A DNA stretch of 64,000 bases from the human T2T-CHM13v2.0 reference genome, Homo sapiens, in the NCBI RefSeq assembly GCF_009914755.1, contig NC_060934.1. One strand, written 5' to 3'. The translations under genes and the position numbers were made by a program. Under the pieces are notes generated by a model, which was not told the origin of the DNA, did not search any database, and saw only the letters and a program-made list of their open reading frames with translations. This document shows positions 28,919 to 43,133 of this stretch, piece after piece. Within the stretch, counting starts at the first letter, position 1. Each line of letters begins with the position of its first letter.

Positions 28919-29927
28919 TGCAGGGACCAGCCCCACAGGGTCGGTGGGTCTCTCCCCATGTGCGGTGACGAGAGAGTGTAGAAATAAAGACTCAAGACAA
29001 AGAGATAAAAGAAAAGCCAGCTGGGCCCGGGGGACCACTACCACCAATGCGCAGAGACCGGTAGTGGCCCCAAATGTCTGGCTGCGCTGTTATTTATTGG
29101 ATACAAAGCAAAAGGGGCAGGGTAAAGAGTGTGAGTCATCTCCAATGATAGGTAAGGTCACGTGGGTCACGTGTCCACTGGACAGGGGGCCCTTCCCTGC
29201 CTTGCAGCCAAGGCAGAGAGAGAGAGGAGACAAAGAGAAAGACAGCTTACACCATTATTTCAGCATATCAGAGACTTTTAGTACTTTCACTAATTTTCTG
29301 CTGCTATCTAGAAGGCAGAGCCAGGTGTACAGGATGGAACATGAAGGCGGACTAGGAGTGTGACCGTTGAAGCACAGCATCACAGGGAGACGGTTAGGCC
29401 TCCGGATAACTGCGGGCAAGCCTGACTAATATCAGGCCCTCCAGAAGAGGTGGAGGAGCAGAGTCTTCTCTAAACTCCCCCGGGGGAAAAGGAGACTCCC
29501 TTTCCCAGCCTGCTAAGTAGCGGATGTTGTTCCTTGACACTTTTCGCTACCACTAGACCACGGTCTGCCTGGCAACGGGCATCTTCCCAGACACTGGTGT
29601 CACCGCTAGACCAAGGAGCCCTTCTGGTGGCCCTGTCTGGGCATAACAGAAGGCTCGCACTCTTGTCTTCTGGTCACTTCTCACTGCATCCCCTCAGCTC
29701 CTATCTCTGTATGGCCTGGTTTTTCCTAGGTTATGATTATAGAGCGAGGATTATTATAATATTGGGATAAAGAGTAATTACTACCAACTAATGATTAATG
29801 ATATTCGCATATAATCGTATCTAAGATCTATATCTGGTATAACTATTCTTGTTTTATATTTTATTATACTGGAACAGCTCATGTCCTTGGTCTCTTGCCT
29901 CGGCACCTGGGTGGCTTGCTGCCCACA
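28919..29927 (-). mobile_element. Solo LTR13 (HERV-K13/HML-4 LTR)
   Basis: 1009 bp, TG...CA termini; rc begins tgtgggcagcaagccacccaggtgccgaggcaagagac (LTR13 5' end); minus-strand AATAAA at 29093-29098; perfect 6-bp TSD aatcca (28913-28918 / 29928-29933). Confidence 0.88.
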
Positions 29928-32201
29928 AATCCAATCAAAAATGGGCAAAATATTTGAACAGACATTTCTGAAAAGAAGATATACAAATGGCATACAGGCA
30001 TATGAAAAAGTGCTCAACATAATTGATCATCAGAGAAATACAAATGAAAACTACAATGAGATATAATCTCGCCCCAGTCAAAATGGCTTTTAGCCATAAG
30101 GCAATAACACATGCTGATAAGAATGCAGAGAAAAGGGAAACCTTGTACCCTATTGGTGGAAATGTAAGTTAGTACAACCACTAAGCAGAACAGTTTGGAG
30201 GTTCCTCAAAAAACTAAAAATAGAGCTATCATACAATCCGGCAATCCCACTGCTGGCTATATACCCCAAAGAAAAAAAATCAGTGTATCAAAGAGTCATC
30301 TGCACTCCCAAGTTTGTTGCAGTACTATTCACAATAGCCAAGATTTGGAAGCAACCTAAGTGATGAATGGATAAAGAAAATGTAGTACATATATATACAA
30401 TGGAGTACCATTCAGCTATAAAAAGACTGAGATCTAGTCATCTGCAATAACACGGATGAAATGAAGATCATTATGTTAAGTGAAATAAGCCAGGCACAGA
30501 AGACAAACATCGCATGTTCTCACTTATTTGTGGAATCCAAAAATCAAAACAATTGGACTTAATGGACAGAGAGAGTAGAAAGATGGTTACCAGAGGCTGA
30601 AAAGAGTAGTGAGGTGGTGAGGGCAGGAAGAAGGAGGAAATGGTTAATGGGTCCAAAATAAATAGAAAGAATAAACAAACCCTAGTATGTGATAGCACAA
30701 CAGGTTTCTATAGTCAATAGTAATTCAACTGTACATTTTAAAATAACTAAGAGTATAATAGGATTGTTTGTAACACAAAGGCTGAATGCTTGAGGGGACG
30801 GATACCACATTCTCCAAGATGTGCTTATTTCACCTTGCATGCCATACCAAAACATCTCATGTACCCCAAAAATACATATACCTACCATGTACCCACAAAA
30901 TTTAAAATTAAAAAAATGTTTAATGTGAAGAATTTTCTATGTGGGGTACCATGTCCATAGTCTTAGTTTTTCTACTCTAATATTAATCTCATATAACCCT
31001 ATGCATTATCCCCTGAAACTAAAATTTTTACTAGGTCCTAGAGGAATGAAAAGAATCAGAAATTCCCTATCTCAAGGAGTTAGTGAATACTCAAATTTCC
31101 ATAATACACAGCACAGTCCTCTCTATGAGATAGACACATTTCTTCCTATTCAGAGGGAATAAGAAAACATTTCATATAAGGGATAGAATTTGAGCCTGGA
31201 TTTTTAAAATGCTTGAACTTTCAGTACACTAAAATGGAGGTATGATTGGAGAGAATTCTAAGTAGTGGGAGGAATTCAAAGTTGAGTAAAGGAAAAGATA
31301 CAACTAGTTATGGGAAACAGAAAACAACCAGTTTTGATAATATTTGGGTTATCTACAGTGTAATATTGGAAGACACAGCAGGAAAGACTGTGAAAGTCCT
31401 CAACCACATTGATAAACAGTTAAGTCAGTAAGTCCATCTCTAAGGTAAATGTGAAATATTAGCAATCAAAAAGGAACTGGCTCAGCACTTTTTACGTTTA
31501 TATAGAAAATACCAGCCAAGTTCAAATATGGCAAGCTATTAGGGATTTTTGTTCCTGGGATTTCTGCTACCTTATTAAGCATGAGAGAAATCCCAACATT
31601 CACAAAATATGCATGAATCAACCTAGGCTTTTAGTTTTAGTTTGAATGTCTACATCAATCACACCACATATATCTCGCTTAAATATAAGCACAATAATCT
31701 CAATCTCCACTTGCCACATCATAAATATGACATTGAAAGGCGTTTTTTACAGATCCTGCTGAATGTTTGGAGGACATCAGTAAGAAGGTGAGAAACAGCT
31801 GTTGTATCTAGATTCAGCAGACACACATTTGCACATAGGGCAATATTTAGAAAATGTCTTCAATTGGCAATTACTTCCTGAGATCATGATGTCCCCTCTG
31901 TTCACCCACTGCTTAAAGAAGGGGTGGAAAGAAAAAAAATCGTCAAATAAGAAACTATGAGTACATGAAAATCAGAAAATCATACCATCATCCAATCATT
32001 AAAAATCAATAATCTTCAACACGAATTCCATGAAACACTAAGGATTCCACTGAAGTAACCCAGGATCCCCACTTACTCCCTGCCCCATCCCTTTCAAACC
32101 CATGTTATCTATTTTAATATTTATTTATGCCTCTGCTTTTATAATTTTTTTAAAACCTATAGCGGATGAACATATTGATGTAGAAAAATTATCTTGACAC
32201 T

Positions 32202-32721
32202 TGTTTCAGTTTTCTATTGCTGCTATAACAAATTACCACAAACTTCATGGCTTAAACAATACAAACTGGTCTTATATAAATGGAAAAGTATGAAATGGAT
32301 TTCAGTGGGCTAAAATCAAGGTATTGGGAAGGCTGCATTCCATTCTGGAAGCTCTAAGGGAGAGTCTATTTCTTTTCCTTTTCCAGTGTCTAGAAGCTGT
32401 CCACACTCCTTGGCTCATAAGCCACTTCCTCCATCCTCAAAGCCAGCAACAAGTCAAGTCCTTCTCATATCACATCTAATCTCTCACATTTGCTCTTCTG
32501 CCTAGGTCCTCCACTTTTAAGGATCCTTGTGATTACACTGGATCTACCTGGACAATCCAAAATAATCTCTGTATTTTAAGGTCAACTGACTAGAAACCTT
32601 AATTTCATCTACAACTTAAATTCCCCTTTACCATGTAAGTTAACATATTCACAGATTTCCAGAAATTAGGACATGGATATTGGGAATGGAGGAGAGGGGT
32701 GACATTCTTCCAGCTACTACA
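32202..32721 (-). mobile_element. MLT1C/D-type MaLR solo LTR
   Basis: tgtttcagttttctattgctgctataacaaattaccacaaac...aaggatccttgtgattacactgg...ctactaca. Confidence 0.8.
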
Positions 32722-33117
32722 ACACTGAAGTTTCAAAAAGGTATGTAGAAAACAATAGACAGAATGTGCATTTGATTAGATACATATATATTTCTTATTT
32801 ACAAATAGAAAAAGGTCTAGAAAGATATGTAACAATATGGTTATTACTGGGTGGTGAAATGTTTTCTATTTCCTTTTGGGGGGAGATTATTTGTATTTTC
32901 TAATTTTTCTTCAAAAAAATTATTTATTTTAAAAGAAGGCAAAATATGATTTCTAAGTTAAAATCCAAAGTATGAATAGACACTTTGCCAAAAAAGATAT
33001 ACAGATGGCAAATAAGCATATGACATGACATTCAACAACAGTCATTAGGGACACACAAATCAAAACAATGATACAGTACTATATACCTATTAGAAAAGCA
33101 TTAAAAAACCAGTAACA

Positions 33118-33415
33118 GGCCAGGCGCAGTGGCTTACACCTGTAATCCCAGCACTTTGGGAGGCTGAGGCGGGCATATCACAAGGTCAGGAGATCGAGAC
33201 CATCCTGGCTAACACGGTGAAACCTCATCTCTACTAAAAATACAAAAAAATTAGCCAAGCATGGTGGTAGGCGCCTATAGTCCCAGCTATTCAGGAGGCT
33301 GAGGCAGGAGAATAGCGTGAACCCAGGAGGTGAAGCTTGCAGTAAGCCAAGATGGCGCCACTCACTGCACTCCAGCCTGAGTGACAGAGACTCCGTCTCA
33401 AAAAAAAATAAACAC
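33118..33415 (+). mobile_element. AluY
   Basis: gagatcgagaccatcctggctaacacggtg diagnostic; TSD aaaaaaccagtaaca (33103-33117) / aaaaaaccaacaaca (33416-33430). Confidence 0.9.
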
Positions 33416-34266
33416 AAAAAACCAACAACAGCAACAACAGCAGGCGCTATAAAGGACAAAGACTAACCAAAATCCTTATACACTCCTGGTAGAAATGCAA
33501 ATGGTACAGTCAGTTTGGAAAACAGTGTGGCAGTTTCCTATAAACACACACTTACATTTGACCTGGAAATCTCACTCTGCACTCCAAAGTAGAGTGAATC
33601 AAATGCAAGTGAAGTTTTAACATGCTCACCAAAAACCTATATGTGCATATGTTTAGCAACTTTATTCATGACTGCAAAAACTGAAAATGATCCCCAATGC
33701 AATTCAATAGATGCCTGAGTAAACAAAGGGTGGCACTTCCGTATAATAGAATATTATTCAACAATTAAAAGGAACAAACTATGATTTATGCAACAACATA
33801 GATAAATAATAAATGTATTTTGTTAAATGAAAGAAACCAGATCCAAAAGCCTGGTTGTATTGTATATATACAAACCTATGTATTGTATGATTCCATTTAT
33901 ATGACGTTGGAAAAAGGCAAACTATGAGGATAAAAAACAGATCTGTGGCTGCCATGGGTTGGAGTGAAGGAAAGATAAACTATCAACAGGTACCATGAGG
34001 AAATTTAGTGAATAATAGAACTGTTCTATAGCGGGGGTGGATACATGACTGTCTAAATTCATCAAACCCATAGAACTGTACACCACCAAGAGTAAAGCTT
34101 ATTGTTTCTAATTTTTTTAATTCACCACAATGTCAGAGGAAGATGAAATGCAAACTGTGACAAATGATTCTACCTGTATTACATGATACGTGTACACAGA
34201 GACATAAATACACAGATACAGAAAAACAGACACATGTGTGTATATATATATACATTAGTAAACATA

Positions 34267-35438
34267 CACTCATGCATCACTTAACAAAGGGATATGTTCT
34301 GAGAAATGCATAGTTAGGTGATTTTGTTGTGTAAATGTCATTGAGTGTATTTACACAAATCTAGATGTTATAGCCTCCTACACACCTAGGCTATGCTCCT
34401 AGGCTACAAACCTGAACAGCATGTTATTGTACTGAAAACTATAGGCAATTCTAACACATGGTAATTGTGAGTATATATAAGCATATCTAAACATAGAAAA
34501 GATACAGTAAAAATATGGTATAAAAGATTTTTTAAAATGGTGTACCTTTATAGAGCATTTATCACAAATGGAACTTGCAGAACCATAAGTTTCCCTGAGT
34601 GTGTCAGTGAGTGAGTGGTGAGTAGATGTGAAGAGCTAGGACATTATTGTACACTACTGTAGAGTTTATAAACACTGTACACTTAGGGTACACTAAATTT
34701 ATTTGTTAAAGTATTTCTCTCTTCAATAACAAATTAACCGTAGCTTTCTTTAACGTTTTTACTTTATAAACTTTTACATTTTTCTAACTTTTGGACGCTT
34801 TTGTAATAGCACTTAGCTTAAAACACGAACAAAAAATATACAAAAAATGTGTTGTTAAATCCTTATTCTATAAACGTTTTTCTATTAATTTAACTTTTTA
34901 AACTTTTTGTTAAAAACAAACACACGAACACATATTACCTAGGCCTACACAGGATCAAGATCATCAATATCACTGTCTTCCACCTCCACATCTTGTCTCA
35001 CTAGAAGGTGTTCAGGGGCAATAATGCATGGAGCTGTCATCTCCTATGATAACAATGCCTTCTTCTGGAATACCTTCTGGAGGACCTGCCTGAGGCTGTT
35101 TTACACTTAGTTTTCTTTTAATAACTAGAAAGAGTGTGCTTAAAATACTAAGCATAGTATACACGTAAACCAGTAACATAATCATTTATTATCATTATCA
35201 AGTATTATATGCTGTATATAGTTTTATGTGCTAGCTATACTTTTATACAAGTGGCAGCACAACAGATGATGTTTACACCAGCATCACTATAAACACATGA
35301 GTAATGCACTGTGCTACAATGTTATGACAGCTACAATGTCATTACGTGATAGGAATTTTTCAGGCAGGAATTTTTCTCATAAACCATCATATATGTAGTC
35401 CATCATTGACAGAAATGTCATTATGCAGTGCATGACTG
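34267..35438 (+). mobile_element. Tigger3b-like (MER7/Golem family) non-autonomous TcMar DNA transposon
   Basis: TIRs cactcatgca... / ...tgcatgactg; TA duplications at 34265-34266 and 35439-35440; 1172 bp; ttctgagaaatgcatagttaggtgatttt 5' motif. Confidence 0.88.
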
Positions 35439-35546
35439 TACAATACTTTCTAGCTTTGTCCGATGAGAGAACCAAGATGCAGTGACACTCCAGCAGCAAT
35501 AAGCACATTTAACATCCAGATAGTGGTCTCTAAACACCATTCTCTA

Positions 35547-35863
<317 letters not shown>

Positions 35864-37449
35864 TAAATATGATTCTACAATAAAAGAAACCAGGGATCTT
35901 TAGAGAAATAGTTAATTCCAAGGAAATCAAGATGGGGAAAATATAGATGAGCCTGGAGCATCTTGTGTTGCTAGAAAGACAGGTGGTGCTCAAAACAATA
36001 AGAATGAGACATATCTAAAAAACACAGGTGTCAACCTGAAGGAATTCTCAATGACCAAAGCTGGAACGATTTGAGAAACAAAATAAATAATATTAGTATT
36101 GAATCACTACCTAAAGAATAAAATAAATATCCCTAAGTCCTTAGTGATACAAAATTTAAAATTGGATAAATGAATAAATGAGCAAGAAAGGACAACTAAC
36201 TCTTTCTTACAGAAGAATTTCAAATTATAAAGGTAAAATGAATGAAATAAATGAAAATCAGCATTAGAACACCACAATAATAATTGCTACAGGCAAGGTC
36301 CACAAATGTATGCTTAAATTAGTGGGTAAAAGTTTAAAGAGGTCATGGATATTTTCATAGCTTCAAACAATCTCTGCCCAAGATACTTATTAATTACTAT
36401 GGTGGTTTTAACATATGTCCAGAAATCCCTCCATACTCCTCGTTTCATGGGGTGAAGCTTAATTCCCATCCTCTTTAGAGTGAGCATACTTACTCAGTTG
36501 CTTAGTTGTTTGCTTCTAATGAATAGTCAAAGAAAGGGGAAAATTGTAAGTTAACAGAGAAAAAACCTGGCAAACACCGCAGTAACTAAAAGAGCAAGAT
36601 TAGTATCACTAAGAAGAAGAAATACTGGTATTATGTACCCTCTGAAATGATGTAAAGAGAAAGGCACATCATATCTGTGGTAAACTTCCCAAAAATCCAT
36701 AACTTCAGTCTAAACATAGGAAAACACTAGACAAACCCAAATTGAGGGACGTTCCTTGGCTAGTATTCTTTGAAACTGTCAAGGTCATGAAAGAAGAAAA
36801 GACCAAGGAATTACCACATATTAGAAGAGACTAAGGAAATATGACAACTAAATTTAATGTGGTATCCTGTATTAGATCCTGGGACACAAAAAGGACATTG
36901 GTAGAAAAGCTGGGGAAATCTGAATAAAATCTGCAGTTAATTGTATTATACAATATCTCTTTCTTAGTTCTGATAATCATACCATAGTTATACAAGATTA
37001 TATTGGGGAAGCTGGTGACACATATATGTAAAGAGTACTATCTTAGCAACTCTAAGTATAAAATTAGTTTGAAATTAAAAGTTTAAAAAAGCATTTAGCT
37101 ATATAGATTAACCTTAAAAACATAGAAACATGGTATATAATTCAAAGGACATCAATTAAATGCAAAGTGTAAACAAACTTGCAAGAATACATACATATAT
37201 GTACATAATATTAATATATTAGAATTGTGATTTATAAGAAGGAGAAAGGAATAAGAGTAAAGTACAGGGATTAAAAGGAATAAAGAAATAAAATGAGAGA
37301 AGACTTGCATCAACCAATGATGATAATGTTCTACGACATGAGGGAAATGATTAATTCAATAATACCTTGCCTATTAGGTTAAAAAATAAGAAAAACCTGA
37401 AAAGTAAAGAAAATAGCATTATAAAATATAAAGCCAAATTGAATTTCTC

Positions 37450-38445
37450 CAAACTCACAGTAAAAAAACAAACAACCCACTTAGAAATGGGCAAAAGACA
37501 TAAACAGATATTTCATCAAAAAGGAGATACAGATGACAAATAAGCACATGAAAAAATGTTCAATATCACTAGCCATTAGGGAAATGCAAATTAAGACCAT
37601 GATGATATCACTACATATCTATTCCAACAGTTGAAATAAAAAGTAGTAGCAATATTAAATGCTAGCAAGAATGCAAAGAAACATTTTGTAAGAGTGTGAA
37701 AATGGTATAGTCACTTTGGAAAATAGTTTGGCAGTTTCTTAAGGAACTAAATATACACTCACCATACCACCCAGCAATCATACTCCTAAGGATTTATCCT
37801 TGAGAAATGAAGACTATGTCCTCACAACAACATGCACACAATTGCTCATAATTTGCAATAGCCAAAAACTGGAAAGTACCAAAATGTCTGACAACAGGTG
37901 AATGGTTAAACAAACAGGGGTCAGCCACACCATGGTATACTACTTGGCAATAAAAAGAAATGAAAAATTAACAACCATAACGACTTGGATGACTATCAAG
38001 AGCATTATGCTGACAAACAAAAGACAATCTCAAAAAGTCAATTACTATATGATTTCAATTATATAACATTCTTGAAGTGACAAAATTATAGAGACAGAAA
38101 ACAGATTAGTTGTTGCCAGGGTTTAGGAATTGGGGGGAAGCAAAGAAGTAGGTGTGACTATCAAAAGGTAACAAGAAGAGATCTTTGCAGCAATGGAATA
38201 TTTCTGTATCTTGACTGTGGCGGTGGCTATACAAATATATTAATATATATGAAAAAATGACATAGAATTTATACACACACTTCATACCAATGTCGACTTC
38301 CTGGTTTTGATATTATACTACAGTTATGCAAGATGTAACTAACTCGGGAAGCCGGGTGAAGGATATAGGAGACCGCTCTCTATTATCTTTGCAACTTCCT
38401 GTATATTGCTTATCACTAAAATGCTTCCAAATAAAAAGTTTTTGA
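37450..38445 (+). mobile_element. L1MC1/2-like 3' fragment
   Basis: gaaatgggcaaaagacataaacagatatttc...gcaagatgtaac...tattatctttgcaacttcctg...aaataaaaagtt. Confidence 0.75.
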
Positions 38446-39499
38446 ATATCATTATATAAGTTTAATATCCTCTACCAATTGCCTCCCTCATTCAATCGCT
38501 TTTCTGTGTTATAAAAAGAATAAGAGAATTTTAGAGTTGAAAAGAAATCAACTAACCTAGAAATTGCAAACCAGAACAGAAGCCCATAGGCTGGATCTGG
38601 CCAGCAGAATGTCTTCAATTGGCAGCAACAATACATTTTTTTTTAAGTATCAGTCTTCAGAGGGCGCGTATCAGCTGTAGTTTACTAGTTTCCACTGCTT
38701 TATAACTTTATACTCTGTGCTCCACTCATTTAAAATCCTGTCTAATCCTTAAAGACTTTTGAGTTTGCCACCCTGACTAATCTTTTACAATAGTGTGAAG
38801 CAGAAATCTGAAGAGGTAAAATGAAATGTTCAAAGCCATAGGCTTCTGTTTCCCAGCCAGTGCTCTGCCCAAATTTTGGAGTTATCTCATGTCCTGTTGG
38901 TCATTCTCTCATTCTGAGTAGATACATAGATCTAAGTTTTCACTCCTTGCTACCACTTATCTCAACTGTCTTGAATACGACACCAACCATGCCAAGCCTC
39001 TTTTTAAAATAGGAATACTTGCCTTTCCCAACTGGCAGAACTACTGGAATAATCAACTAAGATAGTCCATGTAAAATCACTATGTAAAGTCCTTTAAAAA
39101 TGAAGACTATTAGGATATTAAATATATAAATATATGTGTGTATATTATATATTATATATAACATCATATTATAATATATATTTGCCATTTTATCTTTGAA
39201 GCAGCTGGTACTCTGGTCTGTGATGTTCTGTTTGGCCTTTGCAGATAGAGAGTAAGTCATCAAATATATGTGTATAATTATCTATCGGTGTAATCATAGA
39301 AAGTCTTCAATAAGATCATCATATTGCAATGGATTATAGGTCCAAGCTAGGGATTATAGCACAAGGAAGGGGAACAAGTAAAATGGAAATAGTCTCTGGG
39401 AGGCTTGGAATCAATCAGTAGAAAGGGAAAATTAATGTTAAGAGTGAAAGGAAAGAAGTCAGCTCTTTAATCCAACTGTCTCACTTCTGACCTGGCCAA

Positions 39500-40786
39500 A
39501 CAAAAATAACCAGAGTCAGGGCTGTATATTTACTCACCCTTAATTATTCTTTGAAAGTGATTTTCAAGTACAAATGTCTACCTTCATCCCTTAAAACTAT
39601 ATGTAACTGCTGTTGCCTGTATAATATTCACTCTTCCATAATTTTTCTATGATTATCCAGATAGATTATTGATTACATACACACATATTTGCATACATGG
39701 ACCTTCATAAGTACAGTTTTCTTTTTGTAGAGGTCGGGTAATGCTACACAGATAATTCTTCAAATTGCATTTCTCATTTTAAAATATATCACAGGCATCT
39801 TTCCATATCAGCACATATAGTTCTACTGCATTCTTTTTAATAGTTGTATGTATTTCAATTGAATGGATATACCAAAATTTACCTAATCGTTACTCTATTA
39901 ATGCACATTTAATTATTTCTAATATTTTGTCATTTTAAAGTATGCTATAAAGAAAATGTATATTAATATACTCATGGTACTTTTCTATGAAATAGAGTCC
40001 TAGATTTAGGATTATTAAGAGTGTATCTCTTAATTTGTATACCAATTTATATTCTCACCAGTAGAGTCCATTTTGACACATGTTCACCAACACTTTGTCT
40101 TCTATATTCGTATCCATTTTCTTCTAATCTGTTTTTCATCTTTTAACTTTACATATCATTTTAACTTTACATATCATTTTGTAAAACTGAAGTGTACTTT
40201 TATGCAATCAAATCTGCCGCTCATTTATGTCATTATTTCAATGTTTTATGACTTGAATATTTATACCCAAAAATAAAAAAAACTTCCACATCTCTATAGT
40301 ATAGTAACATCTCTATAGTTACAAAAGGAACTCTATTTAGATTCTTAATTCATCTGGAATTTATATGTGATATGAAATAGAAAATAAAATCTAAATTTAC
40401 ATTCTTAAAATTGCACAGCCAAGCCAGGTGCAGTGGCTCACGCCTGTAATCCCAGCACTTTGGGAGGCCGAGGCGAGCGGATCACGAGATCAGGAGATCG
40501 AGACCATCCTGGCTAACACAGTGAAACCCTGTCTCTACGAAAAATACAAAAAAATTAGCCAGGTGTGGTGGCGGGTGCCTGTAGTCCCAGCTACTCCGGA
40601 GGCCGAGGCAGGAGAATGGCATGAACCTGGGAGGCGGAGCTTGTAGTGAGTAGAGATCGCACCACTTCACTCCAGCCTGAGTGACATAGCGAGACTCCAT
40701 CTCAAAAAAAAAAAAAAATTGCATAGTCAAGTATTCAGCACATTGATCTGAAATGTCACAACCTTTTTTATGTACTAATTCCCAAA
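39500..40786 (-). mobile_element. Very old L1ME-type fragment; host of the AluY and of the L1PA17-like element (resumes 48836-48910)
   Basis: ccatatcagcacatatagttctactgcattctttttaatag...ttaattcatctggaatttat; continues after the L1PA17 TSD with aattcccatatat...ccattgatc. Confidence 0.6.
40424..40714 (+). mobile_element. AluY
   Basis: gagatcgagaccatcctggctaac, gaatggcatgaacc; 17-bp TSD aaaattgcacagccaag (40407-40423) / aaaattgcatagtcaag (40715-40731). Confidence 0.92.
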
Positions 40787-42819
40787 GGAAGTTCCAAGAT
40801 GGCTTACTAGAAGTAGCTAGTGCACACTGCTCTCACAGAGAACAGAGTGGTGAGTAAACAGGCTCTTCAAGTGGATCATCCAGGAGGCCACATTGAGATT
40901 CATAAAGGATGCAACAGCAACCCACAAGGAGCAGAGAGGAGCGAGGCAGAACAGCTGCCCACCCAGGATTGTCAGCAGAACCAGGGGAGGCTCCCTACCT
41001 CTAGGGAAGGGTGAATGAGTGAGAGCCCCTGGGGACCCATACTTCTGCCATGGATCTTTGCAATCTTGGGTATGGGCAATCCTCCCAACCCCCAATCCCT
41101 CTGGGACTCCAAACTAACACAGAGAGCCGCCTGGAGTCTGAACAGAACTACCCACTCAAACCCAGGTTGAGCCCCACAGGCCTTGGACTCCTGAACACCC
41201 CAGCACCAGCTTCCCTAGCCTCACCAACAACAGAGGCCAGGCACTCTCATGTGCCCTTAGGGTAGGGGCCGCATCCATAGTGCTGAGGAGTGCACGGATT
41301 GCAGGCCTCACCTCTGCTGCACCTCACCAGGAACAGCCAACTGGCCTGGGCCCCCAGTGTAGTCATCCCACCCACACCTAAGCACTCTGGCCCTGCATTT
41401 CTCTGGGATGGAGCTCACAGAGATAACCGACAGGCCCGTTGTGATTGCCTCTATAGTCCCTGCTACCCTGAGGCTGGGAAGGGAGCTAAGAGCCTGAGAA
41501 CAGTCACAAGCCTCCAACATGCTGCAGCTACCATATGAAAAGACAGCTGGACAGTTTTCCATATGGTTCACTGCTCCTCACACATATTACATACACACAT
41601 ATTTGTACACACAGACCTTCACATGTATAGTTTTTAATTTTAGGTATAAAAACCCAAGTCATAGCCACCACACTCCCACCTGATCACTTCAGTTCAGTGT
41701 TTCTCTGGGGTGGAAGTCCCTAGAGACAACTGGCAGGCCCTCTCCTATTGCTTCTGCCCTGGTCCCTGCCCTTCCTCCCAACAGGCTAGGGAGGAAACCA
41801 AGAGCCTGACTACTTTCCTGCACCGACAGCACACCACGACAGCCGTCCTATGGAGAAGAGGCCAGACTGTGTTCCATGTAAACTCCTGACCCCTGCCCCA
41901 CCCTTGGCCAGACAAGGCGTCCCTGGCTTGGGCCCACAGCACAGCTGCCCACCCACAGCTGATTATCCCAACTGGCAGAAGCAGCTCTGCATTTCTCTGG
42001 GGTGGAATTCCCAGAGGCATTTCTCTGGGGTGGAGTTCCCAGACAGTCCCTCTGCCATACCAACCACTACGGTCCCCACTCCTGCTGCCCCCAATATAAG
42101 GGGGAACAAAAAGCCTGAGTTCACCACAGGGCTGCAGTGCAAAGCTTGGGAGTGCTGAGCCAAGATCTATGACCAGCACTGGAGCCGGAGAGCAGTGCAC
42201 ACTCAGAGCACAAAAAAGGGTGAGTCTGGCTGGCTTGTGGACTGCCGTGGGAGCAGTGCATGCCTCCCTCGGAAGGGCCCACCGAGAAAGGTGTGGCTTA
42301 TCTCTGCCACTGCCTCTGCCAGAGAGAGCCCCGTGGCCCCTCACCTAACATTCAACAAAAGAAATGAAGGTGCAGTCCCAGTGATCAGAGGGGACTCTCC
42401 AGAGGCCTAGGAGTGGACCTGCTGAGGGGGTCACCTCTCTCCACACTGCAATACAGAGCAGGGCTGCAAATGTCAGAAACTATAAAAGAGCCACAAGACT
42501 AAGTCTATTGGCCTTAAGCGCCATCTACTGGATCACAGTCCAAACAACACCACCAAAAATATTTTGCTAATATACATCCCTGTGAAACTAAGGACAAGAA
42601 TTCAGCCACAAACAGACCCCACACAGAGCCTTGACCCACTAAAAACATCCAGAAAAGAAGCCAACTGACTATACTCAACTTACACCACAGTTAAAGGGAC
42701 ACCGACCCTCCGAAATAAGAAAAAATCAGCGTAAGAACTCTGGCAATTCAAAAAGCCAGTGTCCCCTTCCCTCCAAATAAGTTCACTAGCTCCCCAACAA
42801 TGGTTCTTAAACAGCTGGA

Positions 42820-43133
42820 GGCCGGGCATGGTGGCTCATGTCTGTAATCCCAGCACTTTGGGAGGCCAAGGTGGGTGGATCATGAGGTCAGGAGATCGAG
42901 ACCATCCTGGCTAACACGGTGAAACCCCATCTCTACTAAAAATACAAAAAATTAGCTGGGCGTGGTGGTGGGCACCTGTAGTTCCAGCTACTAGGGAGGC
43001 TGAGGCAGGAGAATGGCATGAATCTGGGACCCAGGAGGAGGAGCTTGCAGTGAGCTGAGATTGCACCACTGCATTCCAGCCTGGGCGACAGAGTGAGACT
43101 CCATCTCATAAAAACAAACAAACAAACAAACAA
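42820..43133 (+). mobile_element. AluY inside the L1PA17-like element
   Basis: AluY diagnostics; (AAAC)n tail; TSD aaacagctgga (42809-42819) / aaacagttgga (43134-43144). Confidence 0.92.

Larger units (their letters stand above)
21415..30917 (+). mobile_element. Near full-length L1MA2-like LINE-1 with several nested insertions
   Basis: L1M1-type 5'UTR; ORF1 remnants (24103..24571, RTPSRFNPKKTTSRHLIIKL, KHEGEIKTF); ORF2 from ~25720 with RT remnants (27350..27556, [15 protein letters not shown]); L1MA1-3-type 3' end ggattgtttgtaacacaaagg...tacccacaaaatttaaaattaaaaaaa. Many stops and frameshifts. Confidence 0.9.

Noticed and set aside
28944-29770. 139-aa and 78-aa ORFs in the LTR
   Set aside because: Antisense to a solo LTR; no gag, pol or env similarity.
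40817-42410. Overlapping ORFs up to 199 aa and apparent GC island
   Set aside because: CpG-depleted L1 5'UTR; no recognisable protein similarity.
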